Source: Nitrospinales bacterium
Lineage (GTDB): Bacteria; Nitrospinota_A; UBA7883; JACRGQ01
Assembly (NCBI GenBank): GCA_023248495.1
Contig: JAHFEK010000006.1
Coordinates: forward strand, 2,725-66,724
DNA: 64,000 bases
Direction: 5' to 3'
Part shown: piece by piece, positions 19,020 to 27,528 of the stretch
How the letters are laid out: each line of letters opens with the position of its first letter
Position numbering within the stretch: position 1 is the first letter of the stretch
Translations under genes and position numbers: made by a program
The notes under the pieces: model-generated
Told to the model about the DNA's origin: nothing
What the model saw: only the letters and a program-made list of their open reading frames with translations
Database searches by the model: none

Positions 19020-20459
19020 CTAGCCGGGAAAATTGATAACGAGGGATTTCGGTTCGGTCATTTCCCCAATGGCATATCGCAGCCCCTCGCGGCCGAGGCC
19101 GGAACTTTTCACACCGCCGTACGGCATGTGATCGATGCGGAACGTCGGCACGTCCCCTATCATCACGCCCCCCACATCGAGCGTTTCCCACGCGGTGAAC
19201 GAGGCGCGGAGATCGTTGGAAAAAATACCGGCTTGCAGTCCAAACTCGCTGTCATTGAGAAGCGCCAGCGCTTCATCCATAGTGGCATACGGAATCAGTG
19301 TCACCACCGGCCCGAAAACTTCCATACAGTTAACTTTCATTTGGGGGCTGGTCTGTTCCAACACGGTCGGTTGGAGAATGCTCTCCTCTCCTATGCCGCC
19401 GCACAGGATTTTCGCCCCACCCTTCACAGCCTCGTCTATCCAACCGAGGATGCGCTGTACCTCGCGTGGGGAGATGAGCGGCCCAACATTGACCGTTTCG
19501 TCCAGCGGGTCGCCGGTTTTCAACGCCGCCACCTTCGGGATGAAGAGCGCCTTGAATTTTTCGTAAACCGCCCGCTGCACGAAGACGCGCTGCACGGCGA
19601 TGCAGGTTTGCCCCGCATAACTGAAGCCGCCGGTGACAATCCGGCTGGCGGCATACTCAAGGTCGGCATCGCCATGCACGATCACCCCGGCGTTGCCGCC
19701 CAGCTCCAGCGCCACCTTCTTTTTTCCCGCGATATTCTTTAGCATCCACCCCACGCCGGGACTGCCGGTGAACGAGAGCATTTTGTACCGTTCATCGCGC
19801 GCCATTGTCTCCGCCAATTCGTTGGATGTGGGCACCACCGAGAACGCCCCTTTGGGCCAGGCCGAGGCATCCACAATCTCCGCCAGCAGCAGCGCGGTCA
19901 GCGGCGTTTGCGGCGCGGGCTTTATCACAATGGGATTCCCCGCCGCCAGCGCGGGAGCAACCTTGTGCGCCACAAGATTCAGCGGAAAATTAAACGGCGT
20001 AATGCCTAGAATGGGACCGAGCGGAAAACGCTTTATGAAACACTGCCGCCCCTTCGCCAGCGGGTGGATTTCAAGCGGCAGCACTTCGCCGGAAATGCGT
20101 TTCGCCTCCTCCGCGGCCGTAAGGAACGTAAAAAGGCTCCGCTGCACCTCTTGCCGCGCGTTGAGTAACGGTTTCCCCGCCTCGCGCGCGATAACTCGGG
20201 CCAGCTCTTCGGCGCGCGCGGCGATGCCATCATGAATGGACATTAAAACGGCGGCGCGATCCGCCGGCGTAAGTTTTTTAGTCTCTTTGAATGCGGCGCG
20301 CGCGGCTACGGCGGCGGCCTCCACCTCCCCCGAACCGGCGAGAAAAACCTCCCCGATCGACTCGCCGGTGAACGGCGCGATGACGGAAGCTTTTTTCGCG
20401 GTGGCTGTAAAGCGGCCGCCAACATAGATGAGATGTTCCTGCATTGGCTTATTATCCAC
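19020..20459 (-). CDS. Aldehyde dehydrogenase family protein
   Basis: ITPFNFPLNL, FTGS, LELGGNA, GQTC catalytic Cys, EVFGPV and PYGGVKSSG motifs. Confidence 0.95.
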   Translation of the reverse strand: MDNKPMQEHLIYVGGRFTATAKKASVIAPFTGESIGEVFLAGSGEVEAAAVAARAAFKETKKLTPADRAAVLMSIHDGIAARAEELARVIAREAGKPLLNARQEVQRSLFTFLTAAEEAKRISGEVLPLEIHPLAKGRQCFIKRFPLGPILGITPFNFPLNLVAHKVAPALAAGNPIVIKPAPQTPLTALLLAEIVDASAWPKGAFSVVPTSNELAETMARDERYKMLSFTGSPGVGWMLKNIAGKKKVALELGGNAGVIVHGDADLEYAASRIVTGGFSYAGQTCIAVQRVFVQRAVYEKFKALFIPKVAALKTGDPLDETVNVGPLISPREVQRILGWIDEAVKGGAKILCGGIGEESILQPTVLEQTSPQMKVNCMEVFGPVVTLIPYATMDEALALLNDSEFGLQAGIFSNDLRASFTAWETLDVGGVMIGDVPTFRIDHMPYGGVKSSGLGREGLRYAIGEMTEPKSLVINFPG

Positions 20460-20484
20460 CTTTCGCTTTTCCCGCGCAAAGATT

Positions 20485-20559
20485 TGTCATCCTGAACTGC
20501 GGTGAAGAAACTCTTTCCGGAAAGAGGGCCTTCGAACGTGAACGCTCTCACAGAATGAC
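20485..20559. repeat. REP-like palindromic repeat, copy A
   Basis: TGTCATCCTG...GAAGAAACTCTTTCCGGAAAGAGGGCCTTC...CAGAATGAC; related to the copies at 26070 and 56099. Confidence 0.65.
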
Positions 20560-20585
20560 CACTGGAACGGAGTATAATTCACCGC

Positions 20586-22013
20586 ATGAGACGAAACTTT
20601 TTTCTGCCGGCAATTCTGTGCGCAATGCTGATTGCTGGCGCGGCGGGGTGCGGTGGCGGACTCGGAGTGCCAAAGCCGGCCTTCGAAACATCCGAAACGG
20701 TAGCGGATATTCCCTTGGAAGAGAGCGGGATTGAAATCCCGGTTATGGTTCAGATGAACCCTATTTTGCGAAAGGTCGAGGAAAAAGTTCCGCTGGAGTT
20801 CAACAGCAAGGGGTGGGAAACCGTGGGAACAAGTCCCGTGGGGGACGTGGGGGTAAAATACCGCGTGTGGCGCGGCCCTTTGCAAGCGTCCCTCGCCGGG
20901 AACAAAGTGACCATCACCGTGCGCCTCTATTATTCGCTGGCGGTGGCGCACAAGCTTAAAGCCGGTATTTTTGGCGGCGGCGAAACCCCCTGGATGCAGT
21001 TCGGCCAGTGCGGCGATGGCCGTGAGACCCCGCGCGAGGCCATCTTCAGGATGGAAACATCGCTCGACTGGGCCCCGGATTGGAAAGTGCGCTCCAAAAC
21101 CAAACTGCTGCCGAACCTCTATCCCAACAGTTGCGATTTAACGGCCCTGAAATTCGATATTACCGGCGCGGTCGACGGTAGAATCCATCCCCGTCTGGAA
21201 GAAGCGGCGAAGCTGATTGATGAACGGATACCGGCGGCGGCCGATTTCAAAAGCACCGCCGAAGAGGCCTGGAAAAAAATGCAGACGCCGCTGCAAGTGG
21301 AAAAAGACGTCTGGCTGCTGCCAAATCCGCGCGAAATACACGTAACCGCGATAGAAAGCTCCGGCGATCAACTTGTCACCGGTATCGGCATTACGGGAAT
21401 CCCCGCGCTGGTGGCCGGAAAAATGCCGGCATCCACCATCCTCCCGCTGCCGGAACTGAAAGCGGGCCCAAAGGGAACCGGCACATTCAACATAGCGCTC
21501 AATGCATCATTGAATTTCGATGCGGCGGCGGAACAGCTTTTCCGGCGGCTTTCAGATAAACCGTTGGCCTTAGGCGCGCGCCGCGTCAGCATCACCGGCG
21601 TATCGATATTTCCATCGAAAGAACGCTGCGTGATACAACTGGGGCTGAAAGGGGACGTGAACGGCACAATCTATTTCACGGGAACGCCGGCTTACGACGA
21701 GGAGAAAGGGTTTTTGTCCCTGGCCAAACTCGACTACACGCTGGAAACCGAGAGCGTTCTGCACACCGCCGCCGAATGGCTTCTCCACGATGACTTCCGC
21801 AATGAGCTGCGCAAGCAGGCCCAGTGGCGGATGGACGCCGGGCTTAAAGACGCCAAAGGAAAAATAGAACAGGCGCTCAATGTTACTCTAAACGAACACA
21901 CCACCCTGCGGGCGGAAGTCAGGGAGCTTTATTTACGCCGCTTTTTTATGAACCAAAATGGTTTCCGAGCCGATATCGTCGCCCAAGGCGTCGCCGCCGT
22001 CGAGTGGAAGTAG
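20586..22013 (+). CDS. Putative lipoprotein, DUF4403-like
   Basis: Lipobox-like LIAGAAGC and GTIYFTGTPAYD...LDYTLET motif in a long beta-rich protein. Confidence 0.7.
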   Translation: MRRNFFLPAILCAMLIAGAAGCGGGLGVPKPAFETSETVADIPLEESGIEIPVMVQMNPILRKVEEKVPLEFNSKGWETVGTSPVGDVGVKYRVWRGPLQASLAGNKVTITVRLYYSLAVAHKLKAGIFGGGETPWMQFGQCGDGRETPREAIFRMETSLDWAPDWKVRSKTKLLPNLYPNSCDLTALKFDITGAVDGRIHPRLEEAAKLIDERIPAAADFKSTAEEAWKKMQTPLQVEKDVWLLPNPREIHVTAIESSGDQLVTGIGITGIPALVAGKMPASTILPLPELKAGPKGTGTFNIALNASLNFDAAAEQLFRRLSDKPLALGARRVSITGVSIFPSKERCVIQLGLKGDVNGTIYFTGTPAYDEEKGFLSLAKLDYTLETESVLHTAAEWLLHDDFRNELRKQAQWRMDAGLKDAKGKIEQALNVTLNEHTTLRAEVRELYLRRFFMNQNGFRADIVAQGVAAVEWK

Positions 22014-22168
22014 ACCGTTCTAAAAGGCCATAACCGGCGGGTGGCATGTCGCAAATATTTGCGGGGGCGTCAAAAAAGTGGGGGAAAATCCTTCCAAATT
22101 GACGGGGACTTAGGCTGTGCGACCTTTGCATGGCATTGTAATTACGTCACTTGTCATATTGCATTAAA

Positions 22169-22184
22169 CGGCACACAGCTTGCA
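22169..22184 (+). promoter_or_regulatory. Sigma-54 (-24/-12) promoter for flgB-fliE
   Basis: CGGCAC-ACAGC-TTGCA with exact GG-N10-GC spacing, ~25 nt upstream of the flgB ATG. Confidence 0.75.
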
Positions 22185-22208
22185 TTTTTATGGGTAAGAG
22201 GAAAATTT

Positions 22209-22628
22209 ATGGGACTTATTGGCTCGATACTGTTTAGCGACCGCACCCCGGCGATGCTGAAGAGGTCGCTGGATCTCAACGCCCAGAAAGCGTCGGTTCA
22301 TGCCGCCAACATTGCCAACGCCGAGACCCCCGGATACAAGGCATCGCGGTTTGAATTTGAAGGTATTTTACGCGGGGTGGTGGACGGCTCGGCCATGCCG
22401 ATGAAAGCTACCCACGCCGGTCACTTTGGCGCGCCGATCCAGGATATACGGAGCATCCAGGGAGTAACCGACATCGACTTGACGCCTGGCCGGATCGACG
22501 GCAATAACGTGGACATGGAAAAAGAGGTTTCGGCGTTTTCCGAAACCCAGATCGCGTACGACGCGGCGATAACCGCGATGAACAAGCGGTCCGGCATTAT
22601 TAAATCGGCCATCACCGACGTGAAGTAA
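22209..22628 (+). CDS. flgB: Flagellar basal body rod protein FlgB
   Basis: ANIANAETPGYKA and DGNNVDMEKE motifs. Confidence 0.95.
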   Translation: MGLIGSILFSDRTPAMLKRSLDLNAQKASVHAANIANAETPGYKASRFEFEGILRGVVDGSAMPMKATHAGHFGAPIQDIRSIQGVTDIDLTPGRIDGNNVDMEKEVSAFSETQIAYDAAITAMNKRSGIIKSAITDVK

Positions 22629-22638
22629 GGAATAGACG

Positions 22639-22944
22639 ATGAAAATATCCGGGCTTAACACGAACTTTAAGCCGCTGGGGGCCGACCTCGGCGTCAAGGC
22701 GGCGCATACCGGCGTGTCAGCCGGCCAAAGCTTTGGGGACGCGCTGAAGGAATCGATGAACGAAGTGAATAATATGCAGCTTGACGCCGACAAATCCATC
22801 GAAGCCTTGGTCAGCGGCGAAAACAAGGACATCCACGGAACGATGATCGCCCTTTCGAAAGCGGATCTCGCTTTCCGCATGACGGTGCAAGTGCGCAACA
22901 AGGTGCTCGACGCATATCAGGAAGTAATGAGAATGCAGGTATAA
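22639..22944 (+). CDS. fliE: Flagellar hook-basal body protein FliE
   Basis: SFGDALK...DIHGTMIA..KA.LAF...VQVRNKVLDAYQEVMRMQV. Confidence 0.96.
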   Translation: MKISGLNTNFKPLGADLGVKAAHTGVSAGQSFGDALKESMNEVNNMQLDADKSIEALVSGENKDIHGTMIALSKADLAFRMTVQVRNKVLDAYQEVMRMQV

Positions 22945-22987
22945 GCGGCTTTAGCCGGGTTTAATCAGCCCCGGCAAGCCCGATGAC

Positions 22988-23044
22988 GGGCGGTGACGGC
23001 TTGGAGAGAGTAACGTTTTTCCCCGCCACCGCCCTACTTTTTTA
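22988..23044 (+). terminator. Probable intrinsic terminator after fliE
   Basis: GGGCGGTG...CACCGCCC stem followed by TACTTTTTT. Confidence 0.55.
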
Positions 23045-23092
23045 TTCCCGTTAATAACCCCGGCGGGAACAGCGCCGGATTCCTGAATTCGG

Positions 23093-24253
23093 CTATTTTA
23101 GCGCGGCGGCGAGAACGGCGCGGTAGACGGCGTCAAACGGCTTTCCCGTTTTTTTCGCCAGTGTTTTGCAGTCATCGTACTCCGGTTTCAACCGCCGCTG
23201 GCCGCCGGGGGTGAGCGCTTCCTTTACCCGCACTTCGCCGAATTTCGTTTTCACCTTGATGACTTTGCGTTCCAGCTCGAACCGCTCGACCTCGTACTGC
23301 CGCACGCCAAGCGTGGGAGTTTCCTCCAACATCAGGTTGCGGAGGCCGGCGGCCCTCAGCGGATCGCACAGCACGGAGAGGATAAATGCCTGCCGCCCCT
23401 TTTTCATCATTACGCCAGCCACCCAAACGTCTAGCGCTCCCGCGCCAAGGATTTTCAGCATCGCGTAACCCAGGCTTTCGGGGGTGGCGTCGTCGATATT
23501 CGTCTCCAATACCATCAGCCGCCTGCCGCGCCCCGCAGGCTCGCCCAGCACGATGCGAAAGAGGTTCGGCGTTCGGTCTTGCCGGATCTTCGTCCCGGCC
23601 CCATAGCCCGCGGCCAACGGCTTCATCGCGGGCATCGCCCCAAAAGTTTCGGCAAGCGCGGATGCGATGGCCGCGCCGGTGGGGGTGGTCAGCTCCATTG
23701 GCGTTGCGTCCGGCGTGAGAGGTATCCCTTTGAGCAGCAGAAGCGTGGCGGGAGCCGGCACCGGCATCATGCCGTGCATGGTATCCACCATGCCACTGCC
23801 GGTTGGGATGGGGGAACAGACAAAGCGGGTGATGCCGAGCCGGTGAAAACCGAGCGCCGCCGCCGTGATATCGACAATGCTGTCCACCGCGCCCACCTCG
23901 TGAAAATGCACTTTCTCGATGCTCTGGCCGTGCACCTTCGCCTCGGCTTCGGCGATTTTTTTAAAAATGGCGAGCGCGGTTTCTTTCACCGCCGCATCCA
24001 GCTTGCTTGTTTCGATAAGCTGGCGGATCGCGGCGTAATCGCGGCTTTTTTGTTTTTTGGTTATCTGGACGCCGAAGTGAGTGGCGGTGATGCCGCATCG
24101 TTTCACCGGCTCAGCGGTGAGGCGGTAACCGTGCACATCGAGCTTTTTCAGCTCGCGTTTTAGATAGGCCAGCGGCACGCCAAGGTCGATCAGCGCCCCC
24201 ACAACCATGTCGCCGCTGATGCCGGAAAACGCGTCAAAGTAAGCGATTGTCAT
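23093..24253 (-). CDS. larC: Nickel pincer cofactor biosynthesis protein LarC
   Basis: FSGISGDM, VHFHEVGAVDSIVD, PVPAPAT, TPTGAA, ETNIDD and KPEYDD motifs. Confidence 0.95.
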   Translation of the reverse strand: MTIAYFDAFSGISGDMVVGALIDLGVPLAYLKRELKKLDVHGYRLTAEPVKRCGITATHFGVQITKKQKSRDYAAIRQLIETSKLDAAVKETALAIFKKIAEAEAKVHGQSIEKVHFHEVGAVDSIVDITAAALGFHRLGITRFVCSPIPTGSGMVDTMHGMMPVPAPATLLLLKGIPLTPDATPMELTTPTGAAIASALAETFGAMPAMKPLAAGYGAGTKIRQDRTPNLFRIVLGEPAGRGRRLMVLETNIDDATPESLGYAMLKILGAGALDVWVAGVMMKKGRQAFILSVLCDPLRAAGLRNLMLEETPTLGVRQYEVERFELERKVIKVKTKFGEVRVKEALTPGGQRRLKPEYDDCKTLAKKTGKPFDAVYRAVLAAALK

Positions 24254-25008
24254 TTCTGTCCGTACTTTCCCTTGATAATCCGGTGGGCCATCGCGGCCGC
24301 GCCGAAACCGTTATCAATATTCACCACGGCGATGCCGCTGGCGCAGCTGTTAAGCATCGCCAGCAATGGCGCGAGGCCGCCGAACGCCGCGCCATAACCG
24401 ACCGAGGTGGGCACCGCCACCACCGGCGACGCGACCATGCCGCCCACCACGCTGGCGAGCGCGCCATCCATCCCGGCTGCCACGATGATGCAGTCGGCCC
24501 CTTGCAGCGCATCGCGCTGATCCAGCAGCCGGTGGATGCCAGCGACGCCCACATCGTAAATCGTCGTCACGTTCAAACCCATGATGGATGCCGTTACCGC
24601 CGCCTCTTCCGCCACCGGAATGTCGGAGGTGCCCGCGGTGAGCACCAGCAAGCGTCCGATTTTCCCAACTGGTTTTTTCTCGACGGTTATCGCGCCGCTC
24701 AGCGCGTGGTAGACGGCATTCTGCGCCACCTTCTTCACGGCGGCATACATTTTCTTGTCGGCGCGGGTTGCCAGCAGCCGGTCACTCCGCGCCAGCAGTT
24801 TTTTGGCGATGGCGGCAATCTGCGCGGGAGTTTTTCCGGGGCAGAAAATCACCTCGCAAAATCCCTGCCGGTGCGCGCGGTGGTGATCCACCTTGGCGAA
24901 TACAATATCTTCATACGGTTCGTTCACGATTTTCGCCGCCGCACTTTTGGGCGAGAGCTTCCCCTCTTTAACCGCCGCCAGCATTTTTTCCAGATGCGGC
25001 CGATCCAT
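24250..25008 (-). CDS. larB: Nickel pincer cofactor biosynthesis protein LarB
   Basis: AKVDHHR, AGTSDIPVAEEA, DVGVAGIHRL, VPTSVGYG and VVNIDNGFGAA motifs. Confidence 0.95.
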   Translation of the reverse strand: MDRPHLEKMLAAVKEGKLSPKSAAAKIVNEPYEDIVFAKVDHHRAHRQGFCEVIFCPGKTPAQIAAIAKKLLARSDRLLATRADKKMYAAVKKVAQNAVYHALSGAITVEKKPVGKIGRLLVLTAGTSDIPVAEEAAVTASIMGLNVTTIYDVGVAGIHRLLDQRDALQGADCIIVAAGMDGALASVVGGMVASPVVAVPTSVGYGAAFGGLAPLLAMLNSCASGIAVVNIDNGFGAAAMAHRIIKGKYGQK

Positions 25009-26015
25009 CAATAAAACTCCCCCTTCAGGGTGCGCCCCATCAACTCCGCCACCGCCTCTTTGGGGTTTTTCCCCTCGTGGCAAACGCGGAACACCTCGGC
25101 GCAGACCGGCATATCAACCCCTTTGTTCTTGGCCAGCTCGTGCAGGGAGCGGCTGGTTAGCACCCCTTCGGCGACGGCTTTCATGCCGCCGAGGATTTGC
25201 CCGATGCTTTCCCCCGCGCCGAGCCTCATGCCGACGGAGCGGTTGCGGCTCAAATCGCCGGTGGCGGTGAGGATCAGGTCGCCGACACCCGACAGGCCGG
25301 CGAAGGTCGCCTCGGAACCGCCCATCGCTTTGCCCAGCCGCACCATCTCGGCCAAGCCGCGGGTAATGAGCGCGGCGCGGGCGTTATGCCCCAGCTTGAG
25401 GCCGTCGGCGATACCGGCCGCGATGGCGATAACGTTCTTCACCGCGCCGCCCAACTCCACGCCGATCACATCGTCGTGAGTGTATACGCGCATCCGCTGG
25501 TCGCTCAGCAACTCTTGCACTTTTTGGGCGGCTGCCGGATCGCGCGAAGCGGCGGTAATGGCGGTCGGCAACCCCATCGCCACCTCTTTGGCGAAGGTGG
25601 GGCCGGAAAGGCAGACCAGCCGGCGCGCGGCGGCGGACGGCAGCAGCTCGTCGAAAATCTCGCTCGGCATGCGCAACCGGTTATTCTCGATCCCCTTGGT
25701 GGCGGAAACAATCACCACCCCGGGCGTGAAATGCGGAATCATCTTTTTGATAACCCCCTCCATCACATGGGAGGGAACAACGAAAAACACCACATCCGCA
25801 CCAGCGGCTTTTGCAAGATCCGCAGTGGCGGTGATGTTGCCGCTTAACGTGAAGCCGGGAAGAAAGGCGTCATTGGTATGCCGGCTGTTTATCTCGTCAA
25901 CCACTTCGGACTCGTATGCCCACAGCGTCACCGGCCCCCCTTTGCCGCCGAGGTGACGCGCTATCGCGGTGCCCCAGGCCCCCGCCCCGATAACCGATGC
26001 TTTTTGTGATTCCAT
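25008..26015 (-). CDS. gpsA: NAD(P)H-dependent glycerol-3-phosphate dehydrogenase
   Basis: GAGAWGTA, SGPTFAKEV, GGAVKNVIAIA and GDLILT..SRN motifs. Confidence 0.97.
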   Translation of the reverse strand: MESQKASVIGAGAWGTAIARHLGGKGGPVTLWAYESEVVDEINSRHTNDAFLPGFTLSGNITATADLAKAAGADVVFFVVPSHVMEGVIKKMIPHFTPGVVIVSATKGIENNRLRMPSEIFDELLPSAAARRLVCLSGPTFAKEVAMGLPTAITAASRDPAAAQKVQELLSDQRMRVYTHDDVIGVELGGAVKNVIAIAAGIADGLKLGHNARAALITRGLAEMVRLGKAMGGSEATFAGLSGVGDLILTATGDLSRNRSVGMRLGAGESIGQILGGMKAVAEGVLTSRSLHELAKNKGVDMPVCAEVFRVCHEGKNPKEAVAELMGRTLKGEFY

Positions 26016-26069
26016 GAACGCTATTAGACACAGTAAGCCAAAGCGCCGTCAAATATGATTTATCACCCG

Positions 26070-26184
26070 TGTCTTACTGGGGACCAACGCTGCGAAGAAT
26101 CCCCCGCCGAAAGGGGGTACTTCATTACGTTCAGGATGAAAACGGGGAAAAGGGATTTTTCGACGCGTACTCCCTAAAATGATA
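26070..26184. repeat. REP-like palindromic repeat, copy B plus a degenerate right half
   Basis: GCGAAGAATCCCCC...GGGGGTACTTC...CAGGATGAAA, then AGGGATTTTTCGACGC...CCCTAAAATGATA, which resembles the right arm of the 56099 copy. Confidence 0.55.
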
Positions 26185-26194
26185 CGGGGGGCGG

Positions 26195-26572
26195 TTATTT
26201 GACCGAAAACGACTTTACCGTGAGAATCTTGTTGTCGTCCTCATCCTCATCCACCACACCGGTTACCACCACCTGCTTGCCGACCAATCCAAGAAGCTCG
26301 TTCCCTTTGGCATCGTCGTTCACCAGATAAAATTCGGTTCCCTCCGCCTTCTCCTCCTGGATCTCCACGGCGATAATTTTATCATTTTCATCCACTGCCG
26401 CTTTCTCTACGACACCGGTGATAGTGACGTCCTTATCCGGCGCACGGACAACCTCGTTTTGCCGCGCGTGGGCAAGGGGAACGATGGCCGATCCCAAAAG
26501 GAATACACAGATGAAAAAAAGACGCGCGGCGGCCCGGAGAGGAACCGGAAAGCGGAATACCGGAAACACCAT
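26195..26572 (-). CDS. Small exported acidic protein (OB-fold-like), function unknown
   Basis: Signal peptide (ending LAHA) and VGKQVVVTGVV beta pattern. Confidence 0.7.
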   Translation of the reverse strand: MVFPVFRFPVPLRAAARLFFICVFLLGSAIVPLAHARQNEVVRAPDKDVTITGVVEKAAVDENDKIIAVEIQEEKAEGTEFYLVNDDAKGNELLGLVGKQVVVTGVVDEDEDDNKILTVKSFSVK

Positions 26573-26655
26573 GGGCTGTATTATATCCTATTAGCGCCAT
26601 TTGCAATGCGATCTCATTCCTTGCATTGCGGCGGATGGCGCGGCAGAATCTGGGT

Positions 26656-27516
26656 ATGACAATCATCCGATGCGCGGTTACGCGCGTCTTTACCAACCGG
26701 GGCAAAAACGGTAATCCGCTGGGAGTGGTAACCGATACCGCAGGGCTTTCCGCCGGGCAGATGCAGAGTATCGCCCATACCCTTGGCTACTCTGAAACAT
26801 CCTTCGTTTTTTTCGACGCGAAGGGGGGGGACTACCGGGTTCGCTTCTTCACCCCGGATAAGGAAATTCCTTTCGCCGGACATCCGGCGCTGGGAACGCT
26901 CTTCGTGCTGCGCTCCCTGCGGCTGGTGCCAAAGAAAACGGCTTACATTCAGATAATCGGGCGGCGGAAGGTACTGCTGGAAATTATGCCGGACGGACTG
27001 ATACGGATGGAACAGGGAAAACCCGCGTTCATGCCGGGAACGACCCGCGCGCTGGCCGCCGAGTTGGTGGGAGCGGCGGAAAACGAAGTCATCGGTGATC
27101 CGTTGACGGTTAGCACCGGGCTGCCGCACCTTATCATCCCGCTGAAAGGGGCGGCGCGGATTCGGGAGGCGCGCATTCTCAATGCCGTGTACCAACACGT
27201 GAGGAAGAAAACCGGAGCATCCTGCGTGATGCCGTTCACCATCGACAAGGGCAAAATTCACTGCCGGATGTTCGCCCCGGCGCTCGGCATTGCCGAAGAT
27301 CCGGCGACCGGAAGCGGATGCGGACCGTTGGCCGCCTACCTCGTGCGCCAGAAGCTTGTGGCGGCATCGGGCGAAACCGCGACGCTTGAAATCCTGCAAG
27401 GGGGAGCAAAAAAATCGCTTCTCGCGGTGTGGGTGCGGCGGACGAGGGACGGCATCGCCTCGGTCGCGGTAGGAGGCTATTGCGTCATGTGCAAGCCACG
27501 CACGGTAAGGCTGTAA
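26656..27516 (+). CDS. PhzF family isomerase
   Basis: GNPLGVV, YSETSF, RFFTPDKEIPFAGHP and EDPATGS motifs. Confidence 0.93.
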   Translation: MTIIRCAVTRVFTNRGKNGNPLGVVTDTAGLSAGQMQSIAHTLGYSETSFVFFDAKGGDYRVRFFTPDKEIPFAGHPALGTLFVLRSLRLVPKKTAYIQIIGRRKVLLEIMPDGLIRMEQGKPAFMPGTTRALAAELVGAAENEVIGDPLTVSTGLPHLIIPLKGAARIREARILNAVYQHVRKKTGASCVMPFTIDKGKIHCRMFAPALGIAEDPATGSGCGPLAAYLVRQKLVAASGETATLEILQGGAKKSLLAVWVRRTRDGIASVAVGGYCVMCKPRTVRL

Positions 27517-27528
27517 CCGCTAGACCGA

